DNA from: a virus
Lineage: Duplodnaviria; Caudoviricetes
Strand: one strand, 5' to 3'
IMG/VR virus record: IMGVR_UViG_3300011443_000036
Span: 1-35,556 of that record
DNA: 35,556 nt
Each line of letters begins with the position of its first letter. Within the stretch, counting starts at the first letter, position 1. Below the pieces are notes generated by a model, which searched no databases, was not told where the DNA came from, and was given only the letters and a program-made list of their open reading frames with translations. The translations under genes and the position numbers were made by a program. Of this stretch, positions 8,991-15,893 are shown one piece after another.

Positions 8991-9200
8991 ATGCCTGATG
9001 ACGTGCGCCAGTGGTACGTGCGACGGCATAGCGGTCGCGTTGGCGGCCACTGGCGCACCGTTGTCAGTGGAGACGAAACACGCGCGCGCGGCGTGTTCGC
9101 CTTCATCAAGCAGGAAATGCGGCAGGGGAGTGTTCGGTTATTCAATGGAGACGATGAGATCGACAGCGCGACGGCGCCACGGTTAAGGACGCGCTGGTGA
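8991..9200 (+). CDS. Hypothetical protein (69 aa)
   Basis: AAGGG before ATG 8991; GTGA coupling to the next gene. Confidence 0.6.
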   Translation: MPDDVRQWYVRRHSGRVGGHWRTVVSGDETRARGVFAFIKQEMRQGSVRLFNGDDEIDSATAPRLRTRW

Positions 9201-9541
9201 CGACCTTGGAACTCGCAGAGAAGATCGCGACGGCCGTCATCCGCGCGACGCAACCGGACGGGAGCAAGCCCTACGGCGACGCCCCGGTCCAAGCTGTGAT
9301 CCGAACGCTCCACGAGCACCACTCGTGGTTCTGCCGGATCACCCTGACCGAGAAGCGCGTGAACGGGCTCGCGCTGTTCGGGGACGAGTTCAACCACGAG
9401 GACACGATCGAGGAACCCTACGAGCAGGTTGAGGAGCCATGCCCACCAGCACCACGAAAGAAATCGAAGTCTACGCCGACACCAAAGGCCGAGCCCGCTG
9501 CCGCGGCTGCGACGCCCGAATCACGTGGGCCGAAATCGTGA
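9197..9541 (+). CDS. Hypothetical protein (114 aa)
   Basis: Coupled start; its low-complexity C-terminus overlaps the next gene by 103 nt. Confidence 0.55.
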   Translation: MTTLELAEKIATAVIRATQPDGSKPYGDAPVQAVIRTLHEHHSWFCRITLTEKRVNGLALFGDEFNHEDTIEEPYEQVEEPCPPAPRKKSKSTPTPKAEPAAAAATPESRGPKS

Positions 9542-9693
9542 AGACCAGTAAGAAGATGTGCTTCAACGGCGACCCGGTCGCGTTGCGCACGCACCAGACC
9601 ATTGACATGCGGCTCATTGAGGTGCTCGACCTCTCGGAGAACCATTGGGCCACGTGTCCCGAGCGCGAACAATTCAAAAAGAGGAAAGCGTGA
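9439..9693 (+). CDS. Small phage Zn-binding protein
   Basis: GAGGAG SD; CRGC..I.W...NHWATCP pattern common in phage early regions. Confidence 0.75.
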   Translation: MPTSTTKEIEVYADTKGRARCRGCDARITWAEIVKTSKKMCFNGDPVALRTHQTIDMRLIEVLDLSENHWATCPEREQFKKRKA

Positions 9694-9986
9694 ACGATCA
9701 GAAGCCGAGTGTGGGCCGAGTAGTGCACTACGTCGCGTACGGCACGCCAGGGGGAGAGTTCCCGGCCGGCGTCTGCCGCGCCGCGACCATCACCGAAGTC
9801 GACAAGCCGAACCCAGGCAACCCAGGTGAAGTCGATGGCCCAATGGAGGACCCTGGCGCGCCGCGCGTGGGGCTCTTCATCGCGAACCCCACTGGCTGCT
9901 TCTTTAACCAGCACGTGCCCTACAGCGCCGAGCCGAAGCCCGGAAGTTGGCACTGGCCTCGTCGTGTGGAGGATGGAGGATGTTGA
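9690..9986 (+). CDS. Conserved phage protein (PSVGRxVHY ... WHWP type)
   Basis: GAGGA SD, GTG 9690; KPSVGRVVHY, CRAATITEV, PGSWHWP. Confidence 0.75.
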   Translation: MNDQKPSVGRVVHYVAYGTPGGEFPAGVCRAATITEVDKPNPGNPGEVDGPMEDPGAPRVGLFIANPTGCFFNQHVPYSAEPKPGSWHWPRRVEDGGC

Positions 9987-10327
9987 CCAAGATGCAGCGA
10001 TGGCACGCGGCACACCACGCTGAAGCGCAGGAGCGTATTCGTGTCGCACGCGCATTTGTCGCGGAACTCCGCGCAAAGACGCGATGCGTCCAATGTGGTA
10101 ACAAGCCCATTGAGTGGCACAGCGATGAGCATATCGCCAAGCCGTCGCGCAGGGTCTCGACGATGGCGGGCAAGGGCTACAGTCCAGCGAAGATTTTCAA
10201 TGAGATCTCCCGTTGCGAGGCGCTGTGTCGTCGGTGCCATGTCCACGGCGATGGTCGCTTGAGGCATCTCGCTCTCGGCCCCACGCATCCTAACAACCGC
10301 GCCAACCGATGGCCGGAGCGCGTCTGA
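9980..10327 (+). CDS. HNH-like endonuclease
   Basis: CVQCG...EWH...IFNEISRCEALCRRCH pattern; lower GC3 than flanking genes. Confidence 0.7.
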   Translation: MLTKMQRWHAAHHAEAQERIRVARAFVAELRAKTRCVQCGNKPIEWHSDEHIAKPSRRVSTMAGKGYSPAKIFNEISRCEALCRRCHVHGDGRLRHLALGPTHPNNRANRWPERV

Positions 10328-10617
10328 TGCCCTGCGAGGTGTACGGCAACACGATCATCTGCTCGCGTGGCTCTCGTAAACAGCCACTGTGCGTCGACTG
10401 CGGACGCCCAAGTACGTTGCTTTGCGATGGACCGCTACCAAAGGGCATCCTCTACCGTCGGTCGAGCGTACCGGGAGGGGACTCGACATGCTCACGTCCC
10501 ATCTGCCGCGCTTGCGCATGGCCCCGCGCGTCGCGGAAGCCGGGCGACGACAAGGACTACTGCGCGTTCTGCTGGCCGCTCGTGAATACAGAGACCGATG
10601 GCGCTACCGCTCTTTGA
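10327..10617 (+). CDS. Cys-rich zinc-finger phage protein
   Basis: CVDC...LCDGP...TCSRPICRAC...DYCAFC; TGATG coupling. Confidence 0.7.
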   Translation: MPCEVYGNTIICSRGSRKQPLCVDCGRPSTLLCDGPLPKGILYRRSSVPGGDSTCSRPICRACAWPRASRKPGDDKDYCAFCWPLVNTETDGATAL

Positions 10618-10810
10618 CCCGCCGGCGCCGGTCATCGAGCGGCTCAGTATTACGAGCCCCGAATACTTCGCGTTCCACAAGGGCCTCCGTGAAGGCCGCG
10701 GCGGGCAGAGCAAGAGCTATCGGTACGACCCTGACGACCGGGTAAACCAGTACTACAGCGACGGACATCGCATCGGCGCACTCTTCAGGCCGACCAAGGT
10801 GAGCGATTGA
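10598..10810 (+). CDS. Hypothetical protein (70 aa)
   Basis: GC3-rich ORF, stop coupled to rep start. Confidence 0.55.
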   Translation: MALPLFDPPAPVIERLSITSPEYFAFHKGLREGRGGQSKSYRYDPDDRVNQYYSDGHRIGALFRPTKVSD

Positions 10811-11925
10811 GCAGCTACTACGGAATCGTATGGCCGGAGTTCTGGACCGGCGACACCGGACGAGCCATCCAGGCGCAGGGGGGGCAAGGCGCGCAACTGG
10901 CGGCGCTCTACCTGATGACGTGTCGCCACGCGACCATGATCGGGCTCTTCTCGATGCCGATCCGTGACATCAAGCATGAGACCGCCTTCACACAGAAGGG
11001 GCTTGAAAGGGCCTTCGCAGTACTGGCGGTCGCAGGATTTGCCGACTACGACGTCCGGACAGAGCACGTCTGGGTGAAGGAGATGGCAAAGTTCCGCCTT
11101 AACCTCCCCAAGCGGTCTCCGCTCGATGCTGATGATAACCGCGTCGTCGGTGTGCAACGACTCTACGACAAGCTCGCCGCGAACCCGTTCCTTGAACCGT
11201 TCTTCGATCGCTACGCGAAAGAGCTGCGCCTCAAGGGGCGGCGGACTTGTGGTATCCCAGCGACACCCCTACAAGCCCTAGCCCTTACAAGGGGCTTAGA
11301 AGGGCCTCCTAAGCCAGATAACAGATCAACAGGTACAGGGATCAGGGATCAGGGACCAGAAGATCAAGATCAAAACCTACCGCCGCGCGTTGCGCAGCGG
11401 ACCTCACCGACCTGTGGAAAACCCAATGACGACGAAGCTCGACCGGAAGCCGGTGGGATGGCCGCAGCTCTGTGCGATCGCCAAGGGGCAGATCGAAGCC
11501 GAGCCCTCGATCGAGAACTCGGAGTGGTCGGAACGCATCAAGACGCGGCTGCTCCGATTGGGTTTCACCTACCCCGAGGAGCCGAGCGCGATCAACCGGG
11601 CGATGGCAGCGGTCGAGCGGGCGATGTCAAAGCGGTGGGGGCCGCGTCAGGCGCCGCCGCCACTCCACGTGCCGAGTCCAGAACCTCAGAGCCCTCCGCC
11701 ATTGACGCCGGCCGAGGCGCAGGCGGCGTTTCAGCGATTCGCACTCCACACGATGCTCAAAGCGATGCCGAGCGAGGACCAGCCGTCTGCGACCGAGGCG
11801 CAGATCCGCGCGTGGCGCGCGAGTCAACAGACAGGGGCGTGGGTCAAGACCCGGTCGGGCTGGGAGAGAGCCCCGGCCAAGCCGAGCTGCGCGCCACCAT
11901 CGCCAGACTCAGGGGTGGCCGATGA
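10807..11925 (+). CDS. Phage replication initiator / replisome-organiser-type protein
   Basis: YG.V.P.FW.G.TG, LYLMT..H.MIGL, YD..TE.VWV.EMA, DNR..GVQ, NPFL..F..RY motifs; internal origin-like repeats. C-terminal ~165 aa overlaps another gene. Confidence 0.7.
   Translation: MSSYYGIVWPEFWTGDTGRAIQAQGGQGAQLAALYLMTCRHATMIGLFSMPIRDIKHETAFTQKGLERAFAVLAVAGFADYDVRTEHVWVKEMAKFRLNLPKRSPLDADDNRVVGVQRLYDKLAANPFLEPFFDRYAKELRLKGRRTCGIPATPLQALALTRGLEGPPKPDNRSTGTGIRDQGPEDQDQNLPPRVAQRTSPTCGKPNDDEARPEAGGMAAALCDRQGADRSRALDRELGVVGTHQDAAAPIGFHLPRGAERDQPGDGSGRAGDVKAVGAASGAAATPRAESRTSEPSAIDAGRGAGGVSAIRTPHDAQSDAERGPAVCDRGADPRVARESTDRGVGQDPVGLGESPGQAELRATIARLRGGR
10996..11421. promoter_or_regulatory. Putative replication origin inside the rep gene
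   Basis: 21-nt repeats at 10996 and 11289 (18/21 identical, core AAGGGGCTT). Five GATC in 11324-11371. DnaA-box consensus TTTTCCACA on the minus strand at 11413-11421. Confidence 0.55.
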
Positions 11926-11962
11926 AAGCGTGGCACTCGGCGGAGATCGGCGGCCGGTGTAG
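11426..11962 (+). CDS. Hypothetical protein overlapping rep C-terminus (+1 frame)
   Basis: ATG 11426; GC3 in this frame is much higher than in the rep frame; helical, protein-like sequence. Confidence 0.6.
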   Translation: MTTKLDRKPVGWPQLCAIAKGQIEAEPSIENSEWSERIKTRLLRLGFTYPEEPSAINRAMAAVERAMSKRWGPRQAPPPLHVPSPEPQSPPPLTPAEAQAAFQRFALHTMLKAMPSEDQPSATEAQIRAWRASQQTGAWVKTRSGWERAPAKPSCAPPSPDSGVADESVALGGDRRPV

Positions 11963-12203
11963 CTACGACGTGACCCATACCTGGCTGAAAGGCGCGCGCG
12001 TGTTCCGCGTGCAGACGGCCACGTGGTTCAAGGACTACTGCGGCTCCTGCGGGAAGCAGCACCAGGGCGCGCCGCCGGACACGGGCGAGGTGCTCGACCT
12101 GTCCACGCAGCCGACCTATCCGAAGGGTCTCCTGCAGTTCACGGAGCCACCTGAGCCCGCGTTTGACGGTAAGGCCGCCGCGATTGCGGCGGAGAAAGAC
12201 TGA
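11922..12203 (+). CDS. Hypothetical protein, possible metal-binding
   Basis: ATGA overlap with rep stop; C..D..H and CGSC. Confidence 0.6.
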   Translation: MKAWHSAEIGGRCSYDVTHTWLKGARVFRVQTATWFKDYCGSCGKQHQGAPPDTGEVLDLSTQPTYPKGLLQFTEPPEPAFDGKAAAIAAEKD

Positions 12204-12241
12204 AGAGCTTCCTGTTTTCACCCTCACACGGAGACCGACCG

Positions 12242-12814
12242 ATGCAGATTGCTGACTTGATTGCCACCCTAAAGATCGAATCCACCCCCCGCGGCGCGCG
12301 CATTATGGTCCTGCCGTTCGTGCAGGCGCGCCACGGGTTCATCGTCGACACCGAGGAGAATCGCGAGCTGCCCGAGTGTGGCGTCGTGATCGCGCTGGGC
12401 CCTGGCGGCACGGCGCCGGAGTCCGGCCGGCCGATCCCGGTCGTGTCCACGGTGGGCGACGTCGTGTGGTTCGGCAAGTACGCCGGGCTGCTGACGGCCT
12501 GCGAGACCCCAATGGGCCCGGCGAAGGTCTTCCTGATGCAGGAGTCGGAAGTCCTGATGTCACTCGCGACGGGCTTCGAGCTGGAGGTGCACGACGACAA
12601 CCCGCGGAAGGCGCACCGCAAGGGGCTGATCTGCGAACACTGCGACCCTATTCCTGTGAACCTTGAGCGCCTCCAAGCGATCGCGGCAGGCGACATCATC
12701 GACCTCGACGCGGAGGTTGACGACGAACCCTCGCCACTTATCGCCCAGGAGCGCGAGCGGTTGATTGCGGAGCGCCAGGCCGCCGAGGACGCGCCACCCG
12801 TGCAGGAGGCGTGA
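12242..12814 (+). CDS. groES: GroES/Cpn10-like co-chaperonin with C-terminal extension
   Basis: PRGARIMV, GFIV (mobile loop), GVVIALGPG, VGDVVWFGKYAG, LMQESEVL align with Cpn10 hallmarks. Confidence 0.88.
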   Translation: MQIADLIATLKIESTPRGARIMVLPFVQARHGFIVDTEENRELPECGVVIALGPGGTAPESGRPIPVVSTVGDVVWFGKYAGLLTACETPMGPAKVFLMQESEVLMSLATGFELEVHDDNPRKAHRKGLICEHCDPIPVNLERLQAIAAGDIIDLDAEVDDEPSPLIAQERERLIAERQAAEDAPPVQEA

Positions 12815-12817
12815 AAG

Positions 12818-13609
12818 GTGGCTGACATGGATCGTGCGGCGCTCGTGGCCGACAAGGTGCGAGAAATGGACGAGGCGGCCTATCACGCGCGGTCGTGGAC
12901 GCAGCCGGGCTCGTGCGGTGTCGGCAATGAGATGCCCTGTCAGCATCCGAACTGCATCGAGCGGGCTGCTACTTATTCGGCGTACTGGACACAGCTTGCG
13001 GCTCGGTGCGCGATCACGCTGGAGTCCCTGCTCACCGCCGAGCCCGAGAGGCCCTGTCTGCGAAAGTATGTTGAGTGCTCAGCGGACGAAGGCGCACGCG
13101 AGACGTGGTGCGTGAACTGCCAGCAGCGTAAAGGCGCCGAGCCAGAGCACCTAGAGCGGGAGATGACGATTGATTACTGGAAGGCGCGGGCTGAAGAACT
13201 GCAAGCACGGCTCACCGCCGAGCCCGAGGACGAACACTACATTCCAGAGCGTGACGGTCGTCGGTGTGTGGATCATCCACAGGGCGACCACGAACTGGTG
13301 TGCCTGACGTGTATGGAAAATGGCGCCGAGCCCAAGCGGCCCACGGACAAGCATCCTGCGTGTCGTTGCGATTGCGTCAACTGCGTGACGGGCAATCATC
13401 ACCAGTGCTATTACAAGCCATCCGTCTGTTCTGCTCAAGCGGGCGCCGAGCCCGAGAGGCCCACGAGACATGGCTATGGCTGTCCGCATGATGGGCGTGT
13501 GTTCACGGACCCTCGCCCGTATGGTTGTGATTGTGACGAGAATGGCGTAACGCCAGCCATGCGAGAAAAGGCCGCCGAGCCCGAGCGCCAAGCACCGGAG
13601 TGCCAGTAG
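12818..13609 (+). CDS. Modular Cys/His-rich protein with six AEP(E/K) linkers
   Basis: 263-aa ORF in which unrelated Cys/His-rich segments are separated by (T/G/A)AEP(E/K)xx. Confidence 0.7.
   Translation: MADMDRAALVADKVREMDEAAYHARSWTQPGSCGVGNEMPCQHPNCIERAATYSAYWTQLAARCAITLESLLTAEPERPCLRKYVECSADEGARETWCVNCQQRKGAEPEHLEREMTIDYWKARAEELQARLTAEPEDEHYIPERDGRRCVDHPQGDHELVCLTCMENGAEPKRPTDKHPACRCDCVNCVTGNHHQCYYKPSVCSAQAGAEPERPTRHGYGCPHDGRVFTDPRPYGCDCDENGVTPAMREKAAEPERQAPECQ
13030..13589 (+). repeat. Six in-frame direct repeats (core CGCCGAGCC(C/A)(G/A)AG) with unique spacers
   Basis: GCC codon of each repeat at 13037, 13136, 13217, 13325, 13445, 13574. Copies 1 and 3 share 19 identical nt; copies 4 and 5 share 22/24. 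Confidence 0.85.
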
Positions 13610-13720
13610 ATGACCCTACCAGAGTGGTTCATGGTAATGAACACGTTGCATATAAAAGGCGCTGCTACGGGAACATGGATGGTCGTCGTGAGCGGTCAGG
13701 AGTCCCCCACCCATGAGTAA
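13610..13720 (+). CDS. Possible small protein (36 aa)
   Basis: ATG directly after previous TAG; MTLPEWFMVMNTLHIKG...; AT-richer DNA. Confidence 0.3.
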   Translation: MTLPEWFMVMNTLHIKGAATGTWMVVVSGQESPTHE

Positions 13721-13895
13721 CCGAGGCATCGTGTTGAAGCTGCACCACGCGGCAGCGATTCATCGCATGTTGGAATTGTGGCTGAACGATAGGCGATTCG
13801 ACAACCCCATCGTTCTGCTTGAGACAAAGCGGGATGCCCTTGAAGGGAAGGCCGACCTTGAGCAAAAACTCATCCGACAATTTCAAGAGCGGTGA
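13713..13895 (+). CDS. Hypothetical protein (60 aa)
   Basis: AGGAG SD before ATG. Confidence 0.55.
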   Translation: MSNRGIVLKLHHAAAIHRMLELWLNDRRFDNPIVLLETKRDALEGKADLEQKLIRQFQER

Positions 13896-14124
13896 GCCTG
13901 CACCCCCAGCGGACAGGCCCGACACCCCTCCGCTAGAGAAGCGAATCAGGAAGGCGTGCCAGTGTTATCTGACCATGCCTGACCAGTGCATGTATTGCGA
14001 AGCCGCCGACGCCCTCGCCGCCCTCCGTGCCGAACTGGAGACAGTGAAGCAGGAGCCCACAGCCGAACACTCGTGGCTGACGGCGCAGCTTGAATCCATC
14101 ACCGCGGTCTTCCGGCGTCGCTAA
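13819..14124 (+). CDS. Hypothetical protein, start uncertain
   Basis: CQC...CMYCEAADALAALRAE; TAATG coupling to next gene; TTG start overlaps the previous gene. Confidence 0.4.
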   Translation: MRQSGMPLKGRPTLSKNSSDNFKSGEPAPPADRPDTPPLEKRIRKACQCYLTMPDQCMYCEAADALAALRAELETVKQEPTAEHSWLTAQLESITAVFRRR

Positions 14125-14564
14125 TGCTCCGACTAACCGAGCGCGCCGCGCAGCAGCTCGGCGTGGGCACGCGCGTGAAGGACCCAGCCCCGCGCAAGAC
14201 GCGCATCCCGAAGCCAGACTTTGGCGCCGGCCTCGACCTCCAATGTAAACAGCAGGGGCTTCCGGTTGGGGAACCGGAGTTCCTGTTTCACGAGACCCGC
14301 AAGTGGCGCTACGACCGCGTCTGGCGCGCCGAGCGCCTGGTGGTCGACATCGACGGCGGCGCCTGGCTCCACATGCACAGCCAGACGGCCCACTCCCACG
14401 GCCAGGGCAAGAACTTCGAGCGTGACCGGAAGAAGGACGCCGAGGCGCTCGTCCGCGGCTGGACCGTGTTGCGCGTCACCCACAAGATGGTCCGGAGCGG
14501 TGAGGCGGTCGCTTACGTCGGCATCCTGCTCAAGCGCAAGCACATGAATTTGACAAGCACATGA
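14124..14564 (+). CDS. DUF559/Vsr-like (PD-(D/E)XK-type) endonuclease
   Basis: EFLFHETRKWRYD, VDIDGG, H, DRKKD, GWTVLRVT. Confidence 0.82.
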   Translation: MLRLTERAAQQLGVGTRVKDPAPRKTRIPKPDFGAGLDLQCKQQGLPVGEPEFLFHETRKWRYDRVWRAERLVVDIDGGAWLHMHSQTAHSHGQGKNFERDRKKDAEALVRGWTVLRVTHKMVRSGEAVAYVGILLKRKHMNLTST

Positions 14565-14603
14565 TTCGTATGACATAGTCGTCAGTTAGAGGTGACGACT
14601 ATG
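14537..14603 (+). promoter_or_regulatory. Sigma70-type promoter with overlapping direct and inverted repeats
   Basis: TTGACA 14550-55, 18 nt spacer, TGn-CATAGT 14574-79. Direct repeat CAAGCACATGA at 14537 and 14554. Perfect 11-bp inverted repeat CATAGTCGTCA (14574-84)/TGACGACTATG (14593-603). Confidence 0.75.
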
Positions 14604-14987
14604 AAAGTACGAACCGTGTTCACGTTCGAGGAGTTGCAGCTCCGCACCATCCGCGCCGCGCTCGGTCGCGGCGGCAAGGCGACACGCAAAGAATGCGTGA
14701 CCTTCATTGACCGCGCCGTGCGCGCGGCGCTCGACAAGGCTCCCAATCCCAAGCCCGCTAAGCGAATGACGATGACCGAGGTCGCCGCGCAGCCCGACCG
14801 CGTGCTCGATGTAGCGGTTGAAGGGCTACACGCGCAGAAGTATCCGCACGGATGCCCGCGACTCTGCGAGGCGTGCGCGGTGCGGTTGGCGGTGCTCAGC
14901 GAGACCGACAAGGCGCTGGCGCAGCGCGAGCGCATCAAGGGCATGTATCGGACGGCGGCGCCGGTCATGGCAGAGGAGGGGCTGTGA
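14601..14987 (+). CDS. Hypothetical protein, possible N-terminal ribbon-helix-helix
   Basis: AGAGG SD; alternating VRTVFTF then two helices; H..GC...CEAC. Confidence 0.6.
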   Translation: MKVRTVFTFEELQLRTIRAALGRGGKATRKECVTFIDRAVRAALDKAPNPKPAKRMTMTEVAAQPDRVLDVAVEGLHAQKYPHGCPRLCEACAVRLAVLSETDKALAQRERIKGMYRTAAPVMAEEGL

Positions 14988-15289
14988 GGTATTCACTCCC
15001 CCCGCTCGCCTTGGTCTGTGAGCAGGTCCACGCCTTGGGCGTGGCCTGCTCCATCGAGTATCCCGGCTACCTCGCGGTGCCGGTGGACGCGCTGGTGCTG
15101 AACGTCGGCACGGCGAACGGGGAGTGGGGCGCCGACCTCACCACCAGTGACGGGCTGCAGGTCGCGGGCTCGGGTGTCGTCGGGACGCTGGCGGAGTCCA
15201 TCCCGGGCGACTCGACGGACATCGCGCGCATCGCGCGGGCGATCGTCGTGGCGGTCAACAACGTGCGTGTCTGGAAGGAGGCGGAGTGA
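14984..15289 (+). CDS. Hypothetical protein (101 aa)
   Basis: GAGGAGG SD, GTGA overlap; MRYSLPPL...EYPGYL...GTANGEWG. Confidence 0.7.
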   Translation: MRYSLPPLALVCEQVHALGVACSIEYPGYLAVPVDALVLNVGTANGEWGADLTTSDGLQVAGSGVVGTLAESIPGDSTDIARIARAIVVAVNNVRVWKEAE

Positions 15290-15540
15290 TGAAGCCGGAG
15301 ACCACACACGTCATCAACGCCGCGCGCGCGCGGTTCGGGTTTCTCTACTCGACCGACATCGAGGCGCTCACGGATGACCCCGAGACCCGCCTGATGCAGT
15401 TGCTCGTGCGCTGTGGCGCGTGCCGGTTCCTCGCGGCGGCGCAGGACGTCCCGCATCTCATCCACTGCATCCAGACCGGCGGCGACTACGTGCGCGACGT
15501 GTCGTTCCCCGCGAATCCACACAACGAAAGGGGGCTGTGA
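15289..15540 (+). CDS. Hypothetical protein (83 aa)
   Basis: AAGGAGG SD, TGATG coupling. Confidence 0.7.
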   Translation: MKPETTHVINAARARFGFLYSTDIEALTDDPETRLMQLLVRCGACRFLAAAQDVPHLIHCIQTGGDYVRDVSFPANPHNERGL

Positions 15541-15893
15541 TGGCTATCGAGCGCAATCTCCCTGAGAACAGACAACAGCGCGTCGATGCGCAACTGCGCG
15601 CGGCCGAGCAAGACGTTGTCACCATCCGCGGCGCGTTGGAGTTCGCCCAGAAATCCTTCGTCGGCAAGCTCCAGGGGCACGCCATCGACCCGGTGACGGT
15701 GCATCAGCAGCGACTGCTCGTGAAATGCCTCGAATCGGACCTGCACTACGCCGAACGCTTGGAGGCCGCGGCGCGTCGGATCTGGTGCGAGTTCAACAAC
15801 ATCGACCCCGACGACGACAGCGATGGCGGCACGCACGAGGACCCCAACGACTACGTCGGGAACGGGTGGATCGGATCGGATGGTCGCCCATGA
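15540..15893 (+). CDS. Hypothetical protein (117 aa) with acidic C-terminus
   Basis: TGATG coupling; ends DPDDDSDGG...DYVGNGWIGSDGRP. Confidence 0.7.
   Translation: MAIERNLPENRQQRVDAQLRAAEQDVVTIRGALEFAQKSFVGKLQGHAIDPVTVHQQRLLVKCLESDLHYAERLEAAARRIWCEFNNIDPDDDSDGGTHEDPNDYVGNGWIGSDGRP

Noticed and set aside
9925-9942. Extra AEP-like repeat copies elsewhere (about 9488, 9925, 25355)
   Set aside because: Isolated 9-12-nt GC-rich matches that are expected by chance
13030-13589. CRISPR array interpretation of the repeat-spacer pattern
   Set aside because: Repeats are short and degenerate, periods are 81-129 nt and always in frame within an ORF, and there is no cas gene or leader
15725-15889. N-terminal extension of the methyltransferase given in the ORF track
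   Set aside because: Overlaps the 15540 gene out of frame; ATG 15890 is stop-coupled and lies just before motif I
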